From Octopus bimaculoides (lineage: Eukaryota): a stretch of 64,000 nt of DNA. The stretch spans positions 47,824,725 to 47,888,724 of the forward strand of contig NC_068989.1 in NCBI RefSeq assembly GCF_001194135.2, given 5' to 3'. The notes below the pieces were generated by a model, which saw only the letters and a program-made list of their open reading frames with translations, had not been told where the DNA came from and searched no databases. Within the stretch, counting starts at the first letter, position 1. Every line of letters starts with the position of its first letter. The translations under genes and the position numbers were made by a program. This document shows positions 25,513 through 38,671 of this stretch, piece by piece.

Positions 25513-27379
25513 AAGATAGACAGATACATACCTGCCAATACACAGAAGATCCGGTAAACACACACCCACAGCAGCACAAACGGAGAACCTATAATTACAA
25601 CGGCACACTAACACTAACACGAAAAACACAGACATACATAATGCAAAGTTTAATGCTTCTACAATTGCTCTCCACCTGTTTGAAATATTTCTTTCTCACT
25701 TCTCACTTGCGGTCATATACAATATGAAGCGCGTACGAAATTCGCACAGTCAAGGTTGATTTTTATTTTGTTTTTCTTTCTTTTTTTCTCGTTTTTCTTC
25801 TGTTTTCTCTTGCTCTTTCTTCTCATGTAGGGCTTACATCCACAAAGTCAAATATTACTATTTCTGTTAAGCTGTCCTTGAAACTAATAGAAAGAATTTA
25901 ATATATTTTATTTTATCCTTACAGGTATACTGAATAGATAGATAATATATATAATTTCTCAACAAAAATTCCATCACAAGCACATACCATGAATCAAAGA
26001 GGTCACCTGGGTCTACAGTAACGGCATAAGGGAGGAACATATATATATATATATATATATATANNNNNNNNNNNNNNNNNNNNNNNNNNNNNNNNNNNNN
26101 NNNNNNNNNNNNNNNNNNNNNNNNNNNNNNNNNNNNNNNNNNNNNNNNNNNNNNNNNNNNNNNNNNNNNNNNNNNNNNNNNNNNNNNNNNNNNNNNNNNN
26201 NNNNNNNNNNNNNNNNNNNNNNNNNNNNNNNNNNNNNNNNNNNNNNNNNNNNNNNNNNNNNNNNNNNNNNNNNNNNNNNNNNNNNNNNNNNNNTATATAT
26301 TTATTTATTCATTTATTTACACATTTTGGTGCTTGTATGTATGTTTATGCATATGTAAGAATATATATGCATGAATTTATACAGCCATTTAGATAGGTAA
26401 ATACATTAATGTAGAAATATTAAATAGCCCTCTACCACTCCAGACCCCTGTAAAATGAGGAAATAAATAAATAAATATATAACCTTAATGTCTTTCTCTA
26501 TCATTTACAATTACTATGAAGAGGTAAACAATAATTAAAAACATACGAGAAAAATAAACAGGAACATAAAAATTGCTTTTTCTTCATAGCAAATTTCCCG
26601 AAACTGTTAATTAAATTTACTCAAGAAAGTGAAAAAGATAACTGCGAATTAATCATAATAATCTTGAGCGAACGAAATTGAAACAAATAAGAGAAAAACA
26701 ATATCAAATTAAAAACGAATTTATCATCTCCGCAGCTTTTATTGCCACTATGAAAATCTAAATTATTTTTTAATGATGACGGCAAATACTATTAATGTTA
26801 CTCATCAGACTTAATTTGATTATTAACTGCAAAGTAGGAGTATATGTGTGTGTTAGGAGAGCCGAGAGAGTTGTGTTGTATATGTTTTGATGTATTTTGT
26901 ATTTTATTATATGATTTTTTAAGTTCTAATTTAAAACCCCACAGTGAGGTCAACTTTTTTCTTTCATCATTCCAAGATCAATAAAAGAGGGATCAACAGT
27001 GACTACGCCCACCATCAGATTGTGTTCCTTGTATCTACTTTACAAATCCTTAGTAGTTATCTATATAAACATAAGGACAATGAGAAGTCAAAGTGACAGA
27101 GCCGATAAGGGTTGGGTGTTGAAAGGACCTTGTGACATCATCTCTTTACATTCTAATTAAAAATGCCTCCAGGTCATCTCTACTTTTTACATTTCCGTGT
27201 CGGTAAAACAATTTGTAGTCCATGTACCGCAGAAGATATAATCATCTGGTTTATTTTCCATATACTATTGTTTCGAACATTTTTCATGTAGATAATCGTA
27301 ACGAAGCGGTAACATATTTCAGCCACAAATAAATTTCTGGTTATCAACGAATATTAAACAGACAGTGCTTACCAATATT

Positions 27380-27675
27380 CGGCTCACGGGCATGAGGTTG
27401 TATGTTCAATTCTCGGCAACGCGTTGTGTCCTTGAGCAAGGCACTTTATTTCATGTTGCTCCATTCCACTTAGCTGGAAAAAATGAGTACTACCTTTTAT
27501 TCAAAAGGCCAACCTTGTCACACTCTGTGTCACACTGAATCTCTCTGAGAACTACGTTAAGGGTATACGCGTCTTTGGAGTGCTCAGCTACCTGCACGTT
27601 AATTTCACGAGAAGGCTGTTCCTTTGATCGGATCAACTGAAACCCTCGTCATCATAACCGACAGAGTGCCAGTGA
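27380..27675 (+). mobile_element. SINE family C variant with CORE-like centre
   Basis: Degenerate tRNA head, gttgtgtccttgagcaaggcactttatttc, and the same 3' tail as family C (gatcggatcaactgaaaccctcgtc...gagtgcca). Confidence 0.85.
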
Positions 27676-27770
27676 CACAAACACATTAACACACACAAAA
27701 TATGTATACATAAATACACTCACACATACATACAAACACACACACAGACGCACACATACACACACACATA

Positions 27771-27804
<34 letters not shown>

Positions 27805-28351
27805 NNNNNNNNNNNNNNNNNNNNNNNNNNNNNNNNNNNNNNNNNNNNNNNNNNNNNNNNNNNNNNNNNNNNNNNNNNNNNNNNNNNNNNNNNNNNNNNN
27901 NNNNNNNNNNNNNNNNNNNNNNNNNNNNNNNNNNNNNNNNNNNNNNNNNNNNNNNNNNNNNNNNNNNNNNNNNNNNNNNNNNNNNNNNNNNNNNNNNNNN
28001 NNNNNNNNNNNNNNNNNNNNNNNNNNNNNNNNNNNNNNNNNNNNNNNNNNNNNNNNNNNNNNNNNNNNNNNNNNNNNNNNNNNNNNNNNNNNNNNNNNNN
28101 NNNNNNNNNNNNNNNNNNNNNNNNNNNNNNNNNNNNNNNNNNNNNNNNNNNNNNNNNNNNNNNNNNNNNNNNNNNNNNNNNNNNNNNNNNNNNNNNNNNN
28201 NNNNNNNNNNNNNNNNNNNNNNNNNNNNNNNNNNNNNNNNNNNNNNNNNNNNNNNNNNNNNNNNNNNNNNNNNNNNNNNNNNNNNNNNNNNNNNNNNNNN
28301 NNNNNNNNNNNNNNNNNNNNNNNNNNNNNNNNNTATATATATATATATATA

Positions 28352-29249
28352 TGCTTATAAAAAGCTAAGTTTGTTTGTTTGTACGTTGACTGTTGACCGC
28401 TGATAGCACTAAATAAAATTGATAATATTTCAGGTTTTTCATGTAATTTAAATTAATTTGACCATTCCGCAGATAAGTGTTGATTTATTTTCACAAAACG
28501 AATTCGGGTAGCTGAGCTGGTAGTGTATTGGCTCCTATTTCTACCAATCTATGCACTATTTCACCGAAATGTCTATATCTTTTTTCTAGTTCTTATAGGA
28601 AATAAAGTTTGTTTCTTTGTTTCTAGGTTGACCGTTGAAAACATTTAATATAAAAAGCAAAGTTTGTTTGTACGTTGACCGTTCTGGATTTTCGAGTCAT
28701 TTCAATTAATTTAACTATTATCGAAACAAAGATCCTCACTGGATGTGGTAAGGGAGGCATTATATTTATACTTAGAGTAACACTAACACCAACAGATGAC
28801 CCCTTTCGTTTCAAACGATTGCAATTGCCAGCGAGAGTCAGTTATGCATTGACCATTAACTAATCCCAAGGTCAAGCACAGCAGGTTGTCGGTCTCTATC
28901 TAGAAGAGTACTGTTTCTCACATGGTCAGTTGAATGTAGGTTGTTTCAGAGTAAGAAGCCCACAGAAATTCTTCATATAGGTTCCAAAGAAAAAAGTTAA
29001 AAACATTGCATGTACTGACGTTCTATAGATGTTTTATAATCTTCGTACAATATGTTTCTCTATTATTATCTATATTACTTTCTGTATTTAGATGTCCTAA
29101 ATATATTTATAAAATTATGTTATGCAATATTCAAATACGTTTTAACAATTTTTATTGTAAGGAAAATGGGCATTACAACAGCTGTCAATATGTGCCTTAT
29201 GAATCATTCCAACACTATACAGAGTGCGCCGAAGGTCGGAAGCCCGCTA

Positions 29250-29250
<1 letters not shown>
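28352..29250 (+). mobile_element. Non-autonomous Helitron with Pif1-type helicase C-terminal remnant
   Basis: ETKILTGCGKGG...FRFKRLQLPARVSYALTIN*SQGQ...VGLYLEEYCFSHGQLNVGCFRV matches Helitron helicase motifs V/VI. 3' end has a ccga-agg-tcgg hairpin, then CTAG at 29247-29250 followed by T, within (TA)n. Confidence 0.9.
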
Positions 29251-29281
<31 letters not shown>

Positions 29282-29706
29282 NNNNNNNNNNNNNNNNNNN
29301 NNNNNNNNNNNNNNNNNNNNNNNNNNNNNNNNNNNNNNNNNNNNNNNNNNNNNNNNNNNNNNNNNNNNNNNNNNNNNNNNNNNNNNNNNNNNNNNNNNNN
29401 NNNNNNNNNNNNNNNNNNNNNNNNNNNNNNNNNNNNNNNNNNNNNNNNNNNNNNNNNNNNNNNNNNNNNNNNNNNNNNNNNNNNNNNNNNNNNNNNNNNN
29501 NNNNNNNNNNNNNNNNNNNNNNNNNNNNNNNNNNNNNNNNNNNNNNNNNNNNNNNNNNNNNNNNNNNNNNNNNNNNNNNNNNNNNNNNNNNNNNNNNNNN
29601 NNNNNNNNNNNNNNNNNNNNNNNNNNNNNNNNNNNNNNNNNNNNNNNNNNNNNNNNNNNNNNNNNNNNNNNNNNNNNNNNNNNNNNNNNNNNNNNNNNNN
29701 NNNNNN

Positions 29707-29792
<86 letters not shown>

Positions 29793-30391
29793 CATACACA
29801 CACACACACACACCGACAAACACAAACTCACATATACATGGTAGTTTACGTATGTATGCGTCTAATGGTACATAGTATATATTTGATATATACTCTATAT
29901 ATGAGTATACACATAATGTGCGTGCGTGTGGGTAATTTGTTACATATTATCTCCAAATATTGTGTGAAAGTGTTGATATATTCTATCAACCACTCACACA
30001 ATATTTCATTAGTACTAGTTAGTGTAAATATTTATTATATCACATACAGTAACTGCATACCTCGCTAATCTAAACGAAGTCAAATTTGATACGTTGTATG
30101 AATACTTACTCCACAGCTGGTTGTGTTGATAAATAACGTAAATAAATATACAGACGAGTCTGCGTGTGTGCGCCTGTGTGTGTGAATAGTATATGTGTGC
30201 TTGTGTGTGTGTGACTGTTCGTGAGTGCAAGCGTGTATGTATCCAATGACCGCACCCGCAAACTAATAGAACTTGGTACCATGTACCACATTTTCGCTTT
30301 TCTATGGTGCCTATGCAGTAGCGAACAGACTTGAGCCTCCCCACTCGGCCCTTCTGTTAGTGCCCTAGGGGAATATTCTGGGTGTAAAAGC

Positions 30392-30473
<82 letters not shown>

Positions 30474-31578
30474 TAGAAAGAGAGAGAGAGAGGAGGCTGC
30501 AATAACAGTCGGATAGAATCGATTTTCAGTTGCAAAGTGAAATGAATCGCATTGCTCAAGGACGCAATATCTAAATTTTCAGGAATGAATGCATCAGCTT
30601 ACAGTTGTGAGGAGTAAATATTTTGTCCCAGAGGAATATTCCTTAAGAAATTTCGTGTACTAAAGATAGAGAAGTTGCGTAGAATAACGTCAACAAGTCA
30701 TCAGACACCAGTATTTTGGCCTGATTTTCACTTTGCAGTAACGAACTGACCCGAAAATGCTGAGCTTTGTCGGAACATTCGAATCAACTTCAGGAAATAC
30801 TGTCTGCTGGAGGTTATTGACAACGTTTCATAGAGAGGATATTTGATATTGGGTAAAAAGTAAAAGCCCAGCCCTTGTTAGCGACTGCATTGTAAATATG
30901 AACGTCGAATTTCCCTATAGGTGTTTATCCTCTTTGCAATGTGAGGATTAACTATATTATTTTCCAAGCGTAATTTTGATACGAGCACATACTCACACAT
31001 ACATGCAAACGGTAACATGAGTTTAAATTCATCTCCTCAACAATCTGCCATTCACGGTTCCCCCCACAACCCCAACCCATACTCCACAATTCTACCCAAC
31101 ATTGCTCTCCCTCCAACCCCAGTCCCAGATTAATATCTTGTATATTAAAGGCGGTGCTCCAGCATGGCCGCAGTCGAATGCCTGAAACAAGTAAAAGAAA
31201 AAAGAATATATATATATTTAAATATGATGGGGAGTGTCTTTGTATATGAGTTTGTCCCCCACTTGACAACTGATGGTGGCAAAGAATAAATACCAGATTG
31301 AGAAAAGAGTACTGGGATCGCTTCACCCGATTAGAATTTTTCAAGGTGGTGCCCAACATTCTTATTATTCTTATTATTGAAACAATTAAAAGAATAAAAC
31401 AAAGGATATATACAAATATATGGTAAATGAAAGACGAAGGTTGAAATACGTGAGAATTTTTATTATTAATCACAAACCATGCAGCTTCGATCCCTCACGG
31501 GTGAGACATTTAACAACTGGTCTCATCTGGTGATAAATATTGCTATGTATGTATGTGTGTGTGTGTGTGTGTATGTGT

Positions 31579-31812
31579 TATTTCTTTACTACCCACAAGG
31601 GGCTACACACAGAGGGGACAAACAAAGACAGACAAACGGATTAAGTCGATTATATCGACCCCAGTGCGTAACTGGTACTTATTTAATCGACCCCGAAAGG
31701 ATGAAAGGCAAAGTCGACCTCGGCGGAATTTGAACTCAGAACGTAGCGGCAGACGAAATACCGCTAAGCATTTCGCCCGGCGTGCTAACGTTTCTGCCAG
31801 CTCGCCGCCTTA
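31579..31812 (-). mobile_element. SINE family A, full-length near-consensus copy
   Basis: Complete head aaggcggcgagctggcagaaacgttagcacgccgggcgaaatgc, B-box, body and tail; near-identical to 1157-1385. Confidence 0.93.
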
Positions 31813-31895
<83 letters not shown>

Positions 31896-32868
31896 CACGC
31901 ACACGTACTCGCACATTAGGGAAAAATGTGTGAAACTTTCCTTTTTAAGTTACATTAAATATTTCTAATTTCTTTGATATATTTAATTGAATCAAAATAA
32001 TTAATAGCTTTAATAAAGTTTTAATTAAATGATAATTAATAAGACAAAGTTTTATGTGTGAAAGATGAAAATTTCAAGTTGACTTTCTTTCAAATTTAAT
32101 AATTTAATCTTAACGATTTCTAAATTGCGAAAAGTAGAATAAAACGGAGGAAAGAGTGATAAAGTGAGGTTAAGGTCATTTAAATTGATTTGTACTTTTA
32201 TCTTTCCAGTATCGATACAAATATCTATCAGTCATACTCAGGGGTAGATCAAATCTTTTATATCCTCTTTTAGCATTTATTGTCTTGTGTTTATGTTAGA
32301 AATTCCTGTTATAAGAGCAGCAGTAGCGAATTCCGTAGAACGCGTATCTAAATTTAAATACTGCTTAGTTTAACTCTTGCCACTGTCCAGTTTTGTCTGT
32401 TCTGAATTCAGAACGTAAAGAATGACAAAATGCCACTAAAGCAGTTTGCGCGGCGCAGTAACGAATCTGCCGGCTTGCCGCCTCAAGAAGAAGAACAACA
32501 ACAACAGCAACAACAGCAGTTATTCTTCCAAGGCTTGGGAAGACGTAAACCATACTTAAAATATGATGCATAAACTGCATAAAACTTGTCTACGTACTGT
32601 ATGAGTTGTTGCATGTGTAAGCAGGAATTAGTTTATTGTGCGTGAATATGCACACACACAGACACACACATGCAAATCACTAGATTTTCATATTAAATAT
32701 GTAGTATACGTGCGCTTCTCTGTTTATTTTTCTCCACTTATGGTACATAGATTACTTAGGTTCCTAGAATATCACTACTTTGTAGTAGGTCGATCGTGTA
32801 AGTTTTACAGATAATTCAAAGTCTGCTGGGTGGGATGAAGAGTAAAGATATGATCCCATACTCTAAAC

Positions 32869-33033
32869 CAGTGTTTCCCAACCTATGGTCCATGGACCCC
32901 TAGTAGTCCGCAAAGGTAGTACTAGGGGTCCGTGAGCTAAATTCACAGACAGACCTTTCAATATCCTAGAGTCCGTAGGAAAACTCATTTAAATAAAAGG
33001 AGTCCTTAGCAACGAAAAGGTTGGGAACCACTG
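32869..33033. mobile_element. hAT (Charlie-like) MITE, 165 bp
   Basis: TIRs cagtgtttcccaacct and aggttgggaaccactg; 8-bp TSD ctctaaac / ccctaaac. Confidence 0.92.
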
Positions 33034-33083
33034 CCCTAAACCCTCTCCTGTCACTATCTATTGACTGGGCAGCCATTAATTTC

Positions 33084-33750
33084 ATATTGTGTTTCTCTGC
33101 CAGTTACATAACAGCAATTGAATGGTCTTCTTTCCTTATTAGGGAAGAGAGATCTCCAAAATAATACATTCAACATGCCCTGGTATTCAGCACGATAGCA
33201 GTGGTCAGCAAAAGCTATCCTGCATTGAGGTAAGTGAAATGTGTACCTCGTATCACATTGGTATTGTTTTCACGGCAAAATATCTTCTGGTATTATGATC
33301 TCATGAAAAGCCATGGTATGTAACTTATTCTCCATCACCCAAATTTTGGAATTTTACTAAAGAATGTTCTCACAACAGAAATATAACATTGTGGTCTTTG
33401 AAATATTGTGTCTCTGCCAATTACATCAAAGTATCCAAGAAGTCTTCATTCTCTATAAGGGAAGGGAAGTCTCCAAAATAAAGCATTCAACGTGTCCTGA
33501 TATTCAGTTCGATAGCAGTTGCCATTAAAGATCATCATGTGTTGAGCAGGATAAAAGTAGAGTTAAGTGAAATGCGTTCAGAAATCACCTTGGTAGTGTA
33601 CTTACAACACAATATCTTCTGGTACTATGATCTCATGAAAAGCCTGTTATGCAGCATCGTGGCGAACTTGAAGCTCCTTCATCACCCAAGTTTTGGCATT
33701 TTAAAGAAGAATATTCTCGCTACAGAAAGACAGCATTGTTGACTTAGAAA
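33084..33750. repeat. Diverged tandem duplication, units about 320 and 345 bp
   Basis: Collinear shared blocks: atattgtg.tctctgcca.ttacat, tctccaaaata...cattcaac, aatatcttctggta.tatgatctcatgaaaagcc, catcacccaa.ttttgg. Unit starts at 33084 and 33403. Confidence 0.85.
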
Positions 33751-33850
33751 TACTTGGTTTCCAAATGTTGTAAAGCAAGTTACAGGTTTGTCATTAATGT
33801 CAGGAAGTTTCTCTTACCTTAAAGGCAGTGGATTAACAATTGTACAAAGT

Positions 33851-34228
33851 GTTGTGGCACTCCATCGGTTATGACGACGAGGGTTCCAGTTGATCCCATC
33901 AACAGAACAGCCTGCTTGTGAAATTAACGTGTAAGTGGCTGAGCACTCCACAGATACGTGTACCCTTAACATAGTTCTCGGGGAGATTCAATATGACGCA
34001 GTGTGTGACAAAGCTGGCTCTTTGAAATACAGGTACAACAGAAACAGGAAGAAAGAGTGAAAGTTATGGTGATAGAGTACAGCAGGGTTCACCACCATCC
34101 CCTGCCGAAGCCTCGTGGAGCTTTAGGTGCTTTCGCTCAATAAACACTCACAACGCCTGGTCTGGGAATCGAAACCGCGATCCTATGACTGCGAATCCGC
34201 TGCCCTAACACTGGGCCATTGCACCTCC
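33851..34228 (-). mobile_element. SINE family C, full-length, with 15-bp TSD
   Basis: tRNA-like head ggaggtgcaatggcccagtg...ggtttcgattccc. Perfect TSD acaattgtacaaagt at 33836-33850 and 34229-34243. Confidence 0.93.
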
Positions 34229-35099
34229 ACAATTGTACAAAGTACCTAACGATGGATTAAATATTTACGTTACTCATTCTCATACGGTTCGTGAGTATAT
34301 TTATGTTTAATTAGATTATGTTTAGAGAAAGTGCGTGTGAAACTGTGATATATCCAAGCACTCCCCTGGCTGTCAGAAGTCCGAATGAAATGAAATTACA
34401 TGCAAAGAGCTTTTATTTTGTTGCTTACTTATGTTTTGTTCTGATGCAAAATCTACACTCCAAACGGCTGTATATTAATTAGCTAAAGAAATCAAACAAA
34501 ATTTTTACAAATTTACCCCATATCTAAATCAACGCATTCCCGCTTTTAGACAAACATCGTTGTCTGCAAATCGTAAATTTAACCACGGTGGCGAAAACAT
34601 TAAATTCTACACCCACCCAGCTTCGCGTCACGTTTCTCTAAACGAATAATAAGCATACTGCCTCCAGTTAAAACGTGCGTCTGGAGAGATGAAGGACTGA
34701 TAGTAATAAATTTCATCGGAACATTTGTCTTATAAAAGATAAGCTCGTAAAAGAATATAAAAGATGAGATACCGGACAGCTTCATGGCGTCAACTATACG
34801 CTTATTTATTTATTTATTATTTGTCTTTTCTTATATAAGTATGGGCGTGTGTGTCTCTATATATATAGGTATGTATGTAAGTGTATGTTTATGTGTAAAT
34901 GTATATAAATGCGTGTAATTTATATGTATATAGACATGCATGAATATATTTATATATATATATATGCATACATACATACATACATACATACATACATGCA
35001 TACATGTGTACATTCATAGGTACATATTTTTCTTAATATTATCAAATATGTAGGTCACAATAAGGAGGTTATTTTTTTAGATTTGCATTTAAGCTACGG

Positions 35100-35158
35100 T
35101 CGTCGCTGCTGCTGCTGTTATTTTGGCGTGATTGTTCTCGTCGCTGCCGTTGTTGTTC

Positions 35159-35248
<90 letters not shown>

Positions 35249-35258
35249 NNNNNNNNNN

Positions 35259-35296
<38 letters not shown>

Positions 35297-35365
35297 CAGC
35301 AGCAACAGCAGCAGCAACAGCAGCAGCAACAGCAGCAGCAACAGCAGCTGTTGTTGTTGTTGTTT
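35100..35365. repeat. Compound (GCT)n/(AGT)n/(AGC)n microsatellite with a small gap
   Basis: Read directly from the sequence. Confidence 0.95.
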
Positions 35366-35495
35366 AACTTCAAGACCACAATGTTTGAGCAGACTTGTCT
35401 TCGAAGGCACTTCAGACGTGACACCCCTGCACTTTGGTGGGTATCCAGGACTAAATCATCCAAGTCCTGTCTTCCCTTCTAAGATTTTAGAAAGC

Positions 35496-36608
35496 CGAGA
35501 GTCGGCTAAAAAGTTCATAGGCCGACCAAGACAGTCTCATGCAATGTAACAAAATAAAGGTTTATTTTTCTACATAATCCCACTTGCGCTCTTGACACTT
35601 CTTCCGTCGGTGTTGCAGTGCTTGGGTCTCATTGCTCAAGAAACCTTCATCTTGCTAGTCAACAGCAGATATGAAGTCATCATCACTGCAAGAGTTTTTT
35701 TGTTTTGTTTTTTTCATATTGGGAGATAGCTGATAGTTAGATATGGCCAAATCAGGAGAACTCGTAGGCTGATCAACCAGTTCAAAGCCCCATTCACGCA
35801 CAGCAGCCATCGAAACCAAGGACGTGCATGCTGGAGCATTGTCTTAATGAAACAAGGCCCCTTTTGACTGTTTTCCTGGGCGTTTTGTCTTGATAGCCTT
35901 TCGTAACTGCCTCAGCAGGTTGACACAGTACTCTTCATTAAACGGCCGTGGACTTCTTTGGAGCAGGTGAAAAGGAGTGTTTCCACTGCAGGGATAGTTT
36001 CTTTTTCTCTGACTCAAAGCAATGAACCCAACTCTCATCCTGGCTTTGGAAACATCCAAGGAAACCAGCTGGATCTGCTTAAAACATTGTCAGCTTTTCC
36101 CGTGGTGAAATCAGCCTAGTGCGCTTTTGATCATGCCAAGTTCATTATGCAGAATATTCTCAACTCTCTCACGAGATATGCGAAGAGCATTGCCTATTTG
36201 CTTTATAGTCAATCGCCTCTCATCCATCACCATGTGGTGAACATGATCAATGTGTTTCTCGGTGGTAGTAGTTGCAGGACCTCTACACTTTGGGTCTCTT
36301 AAATTCAGCTGCCCACTTTAGCACTCTTGATAAAGCTGAAGCATCATCCCATAATTTAGCAAGCATGTCAGCATAAATATCCTTGGGGGCTATACCCATT
36401 TCCTGCAGGCACTTCATAACATGACGATTCCAAATTTTGTCTATTTTCAAGAGAAGTCGCTGCTAGTTACTTTTGAAGTTTTCTTTGAGCAGTCAGCTAT
36501 TACTTTACCTGGAAACAATTCCATTATTTATGGGAAGAGTTGAAACTGATGCATGCAAAGCATCACCCCTCTTCATAGGCAGCCTATGAACTTTACAGCC
36601 TACCCTTA
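35496..36608 (-). mobile_element. Decayed mariner (DD34D) element
   Basis: EEYCVNLLRQLRKAIKTKRPGKQSKGALFH*DNAPA...GFELVDQPTSSPDLAISNY (34 spacing), ending WDYVEK*. TIRs share ggct..aaagttcataggc; TA on the right. Confidence 0.9.
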
Positions 36609-36749
36609 TATTTCAAGAGAGATTTCGATGCCATGGCTAACAGGTCTAGAAATATCCCCATAAAAGTTTTTCCATTGGCTCGTTCAGGTTTCTGTTTCTT
36701 ATTACAGTTTTATTGTTTTGTTATATCATCGTTATTGTTCTTATTCTTC

Positions 36750-36934
36750 AACATGCGTCGAGGTCGATTTTGCCGTTCTTTTATTCCTGGTCGATAAGAG
36801 AAATACCAGCTGAACCCTGGGGTCAATGTAATCGACTATCCCGTCCCAACCAAATTTCAGACTTTGTACCTTTAGTCGAAAGGATTATTATCATCATCAT
36901 AATTATTATTTTCATCGTCATCATCATCATTATT

Positions 36935-36984
<50 letters not shown>

Positions 36985-37022
36985 TATTATTATCATTATT
37001 ATGACGATGATGATGATGATGA
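36750..37022 (+). mobile_element. 5'-truncated SINE A running into an (ATT/ATC/GAT)n tract
   Basis: cgaggtcgattttgcc...gaaaggatt, directly followed by trinucleotide repeats at 36886-37022. Confidence 0.8.
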
Positions 37023-37024
37023 CG

Positions 37025-38640
37025 ACAGGGCTCCAATGATAAATCATGAAGTTACAACCTAGATAATTTCTTTGATCTAGCACTTATGGATTTCATATTT
37101 CAAGTCGTTGTAACACACTACTATTTTTTTCTTTTCTTTATACTCTTGTCCTTAATTATTATGTCTGGGCGATTAGCTTTGATATTTTTTCGTCGGTTTC
37201 AACAGGCATTTCCCAGATGATCGTCATGTACTTTGTTTGACAAATGTTTATACCATTTTTTGTTTGATTTTTATGTTGTAGTGTCGACATATTACCCAGT
37301 GGATACAACTATTTATTCGGTTGTGTCAGTACATATATTCAGATTTGGCTAGAAATAGTCAGCCGGAGATGATATGATCAACTGTCTCCTGGTGCTGGCT
37401 ACATATTTTGTATTTCGTGTTAGGGCATGTTTTCATTATTTTGCGTTTATAGTTGCTTGTGCTCAGGTATTGGTTATATGCCCCGAGAATCAGTCCTTCC
37501 GTTTCTGCTTTTGAGTCATTGTTGGTTTTTACTTAGGCTCACTTCTCTGTTAAGCCTTGCAGAGTATTGGTCCATTAGTGATTTTTCTCCATTTCTTCTT
37601 TAGTCTTTTGTAGTTATGTTGTCACGTTATTTTTTGTATCTTTCAGCATTTGCACTGTGTTGTCAGTGAGGTCAGTGTTTCAGTGTAGTTTGTTTCTATT
37701 GTGTATTTTATCATCTTGTGCATAGAGAAAAGCGATTTATTTGATTGTCTTACTACAGGTGGTAGACTCTCTCTATTTGTTTGTAAGTAATTTCTAGTCC
37801 AACAGTCGTTTTACTGTATAGAAGTTCTCTATCTGTGTCAGGCCATGTCCTCCTTCTAAGTGGGGTAGATATATTCCGTCTGCGTCTGCTTTGCGATAGT
37901 TTGGTAAACCGTTAATATTTTCCTAGTTTTTCTAAGTTTCTTAATTCACTAATCTTCCAGTTTCTTATTGTTTTCATATTTTTAGCATTGAATTTAATTT
38001 TTAATATTAGTCTATCTCAAGGCGGCGAGCATCCCACGAACTTTGCTGGTCTTGTACCAAAATTTGAAATCAATATTAGTCTAAGCTTTTGTAATATTCT
38101 TTCCTAATTTACACGTTCATTGTGTGGTAGTCTTTTCCTGGATATTTCTGAGTGATTCCGCTGTAATTCTCTGATTTCTATGTTTATGTAGAGTATTGTG
38201 CTTTCAGTGTTGATTAATGTTCCCCTTATTAATGTCACAGTTGTTTAATCCCATTTTCATCGTGATGTCTTAACTGAAACTAAGGACATTTCGTAGGAGG
38301 TTTTCCTGTTCAGTGATATTCTCAGTAAACATTAAGGTCATCCATATATAGGAGATGATTTATAGTCTGTCCATAATCGTTGTATCCCATGGAGGTTACA
38401 TTCAACAAGTTTGTTTGTGGAATCAGAGTAAAGCAGAAATCATTGGGGACAATGAATCTCCTTGGAAAATTCCTCGTCTTATATGTATAGGGCAAGTTTT
38501 AACGGTTTCTGGCGTCCAAAGCCTCCCTTTCTCGTGTATTTGTTTGCTATAATTTTTATTGTTATTACTTTTTACACGATTAAATACCAGTCTTTTTTAT
38601 TTCTGTGTTGTCCTGCGCTGTTCCCAATCTCAATGGTGAA
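37025..38640 (-). mobile_element. Decayed R4/Dong-type non-LTR retrotransposon (RT plus CCHC region)
   Basis: IRRGIFQGDSLSPMI (RT motif) near 38440-38490; AETEGLILGA...KICSQHQETVDHIISG...HNRI...IHWVIC (zinc-knuckle region) near 37290-37510; IIGAL at about 37030. Many stops and frameshifts. Confidence 0.88.
38015..38071 (+). mobile_element. 57-bp mini-SINE A (head fused to tail) with 12-bp TSD
   Basis: aaggcggcgagc joined to cccacgaactttgctggtcttgtaccaaaatttgaaatc; aatattagtcta at 38003-38014 and 38072-38083. Confidence 0.8.
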
Positions 38641-38671
38641 TAAAAAAAAAGATTATTATCATTATTATTAA

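Noticed and set aside
30730-30830. Candidate exon after the acceptor-like ttttcactttgcag
   Set aside because: There are stops in all three frames from the acceptor, the donor is weak, and no recognisable protein results.
31060-31130. G-quadruplex on the minus strand
   Set aside because: The G-runs are irregularly spaced with long loops, and this is common low-complexity sequence.
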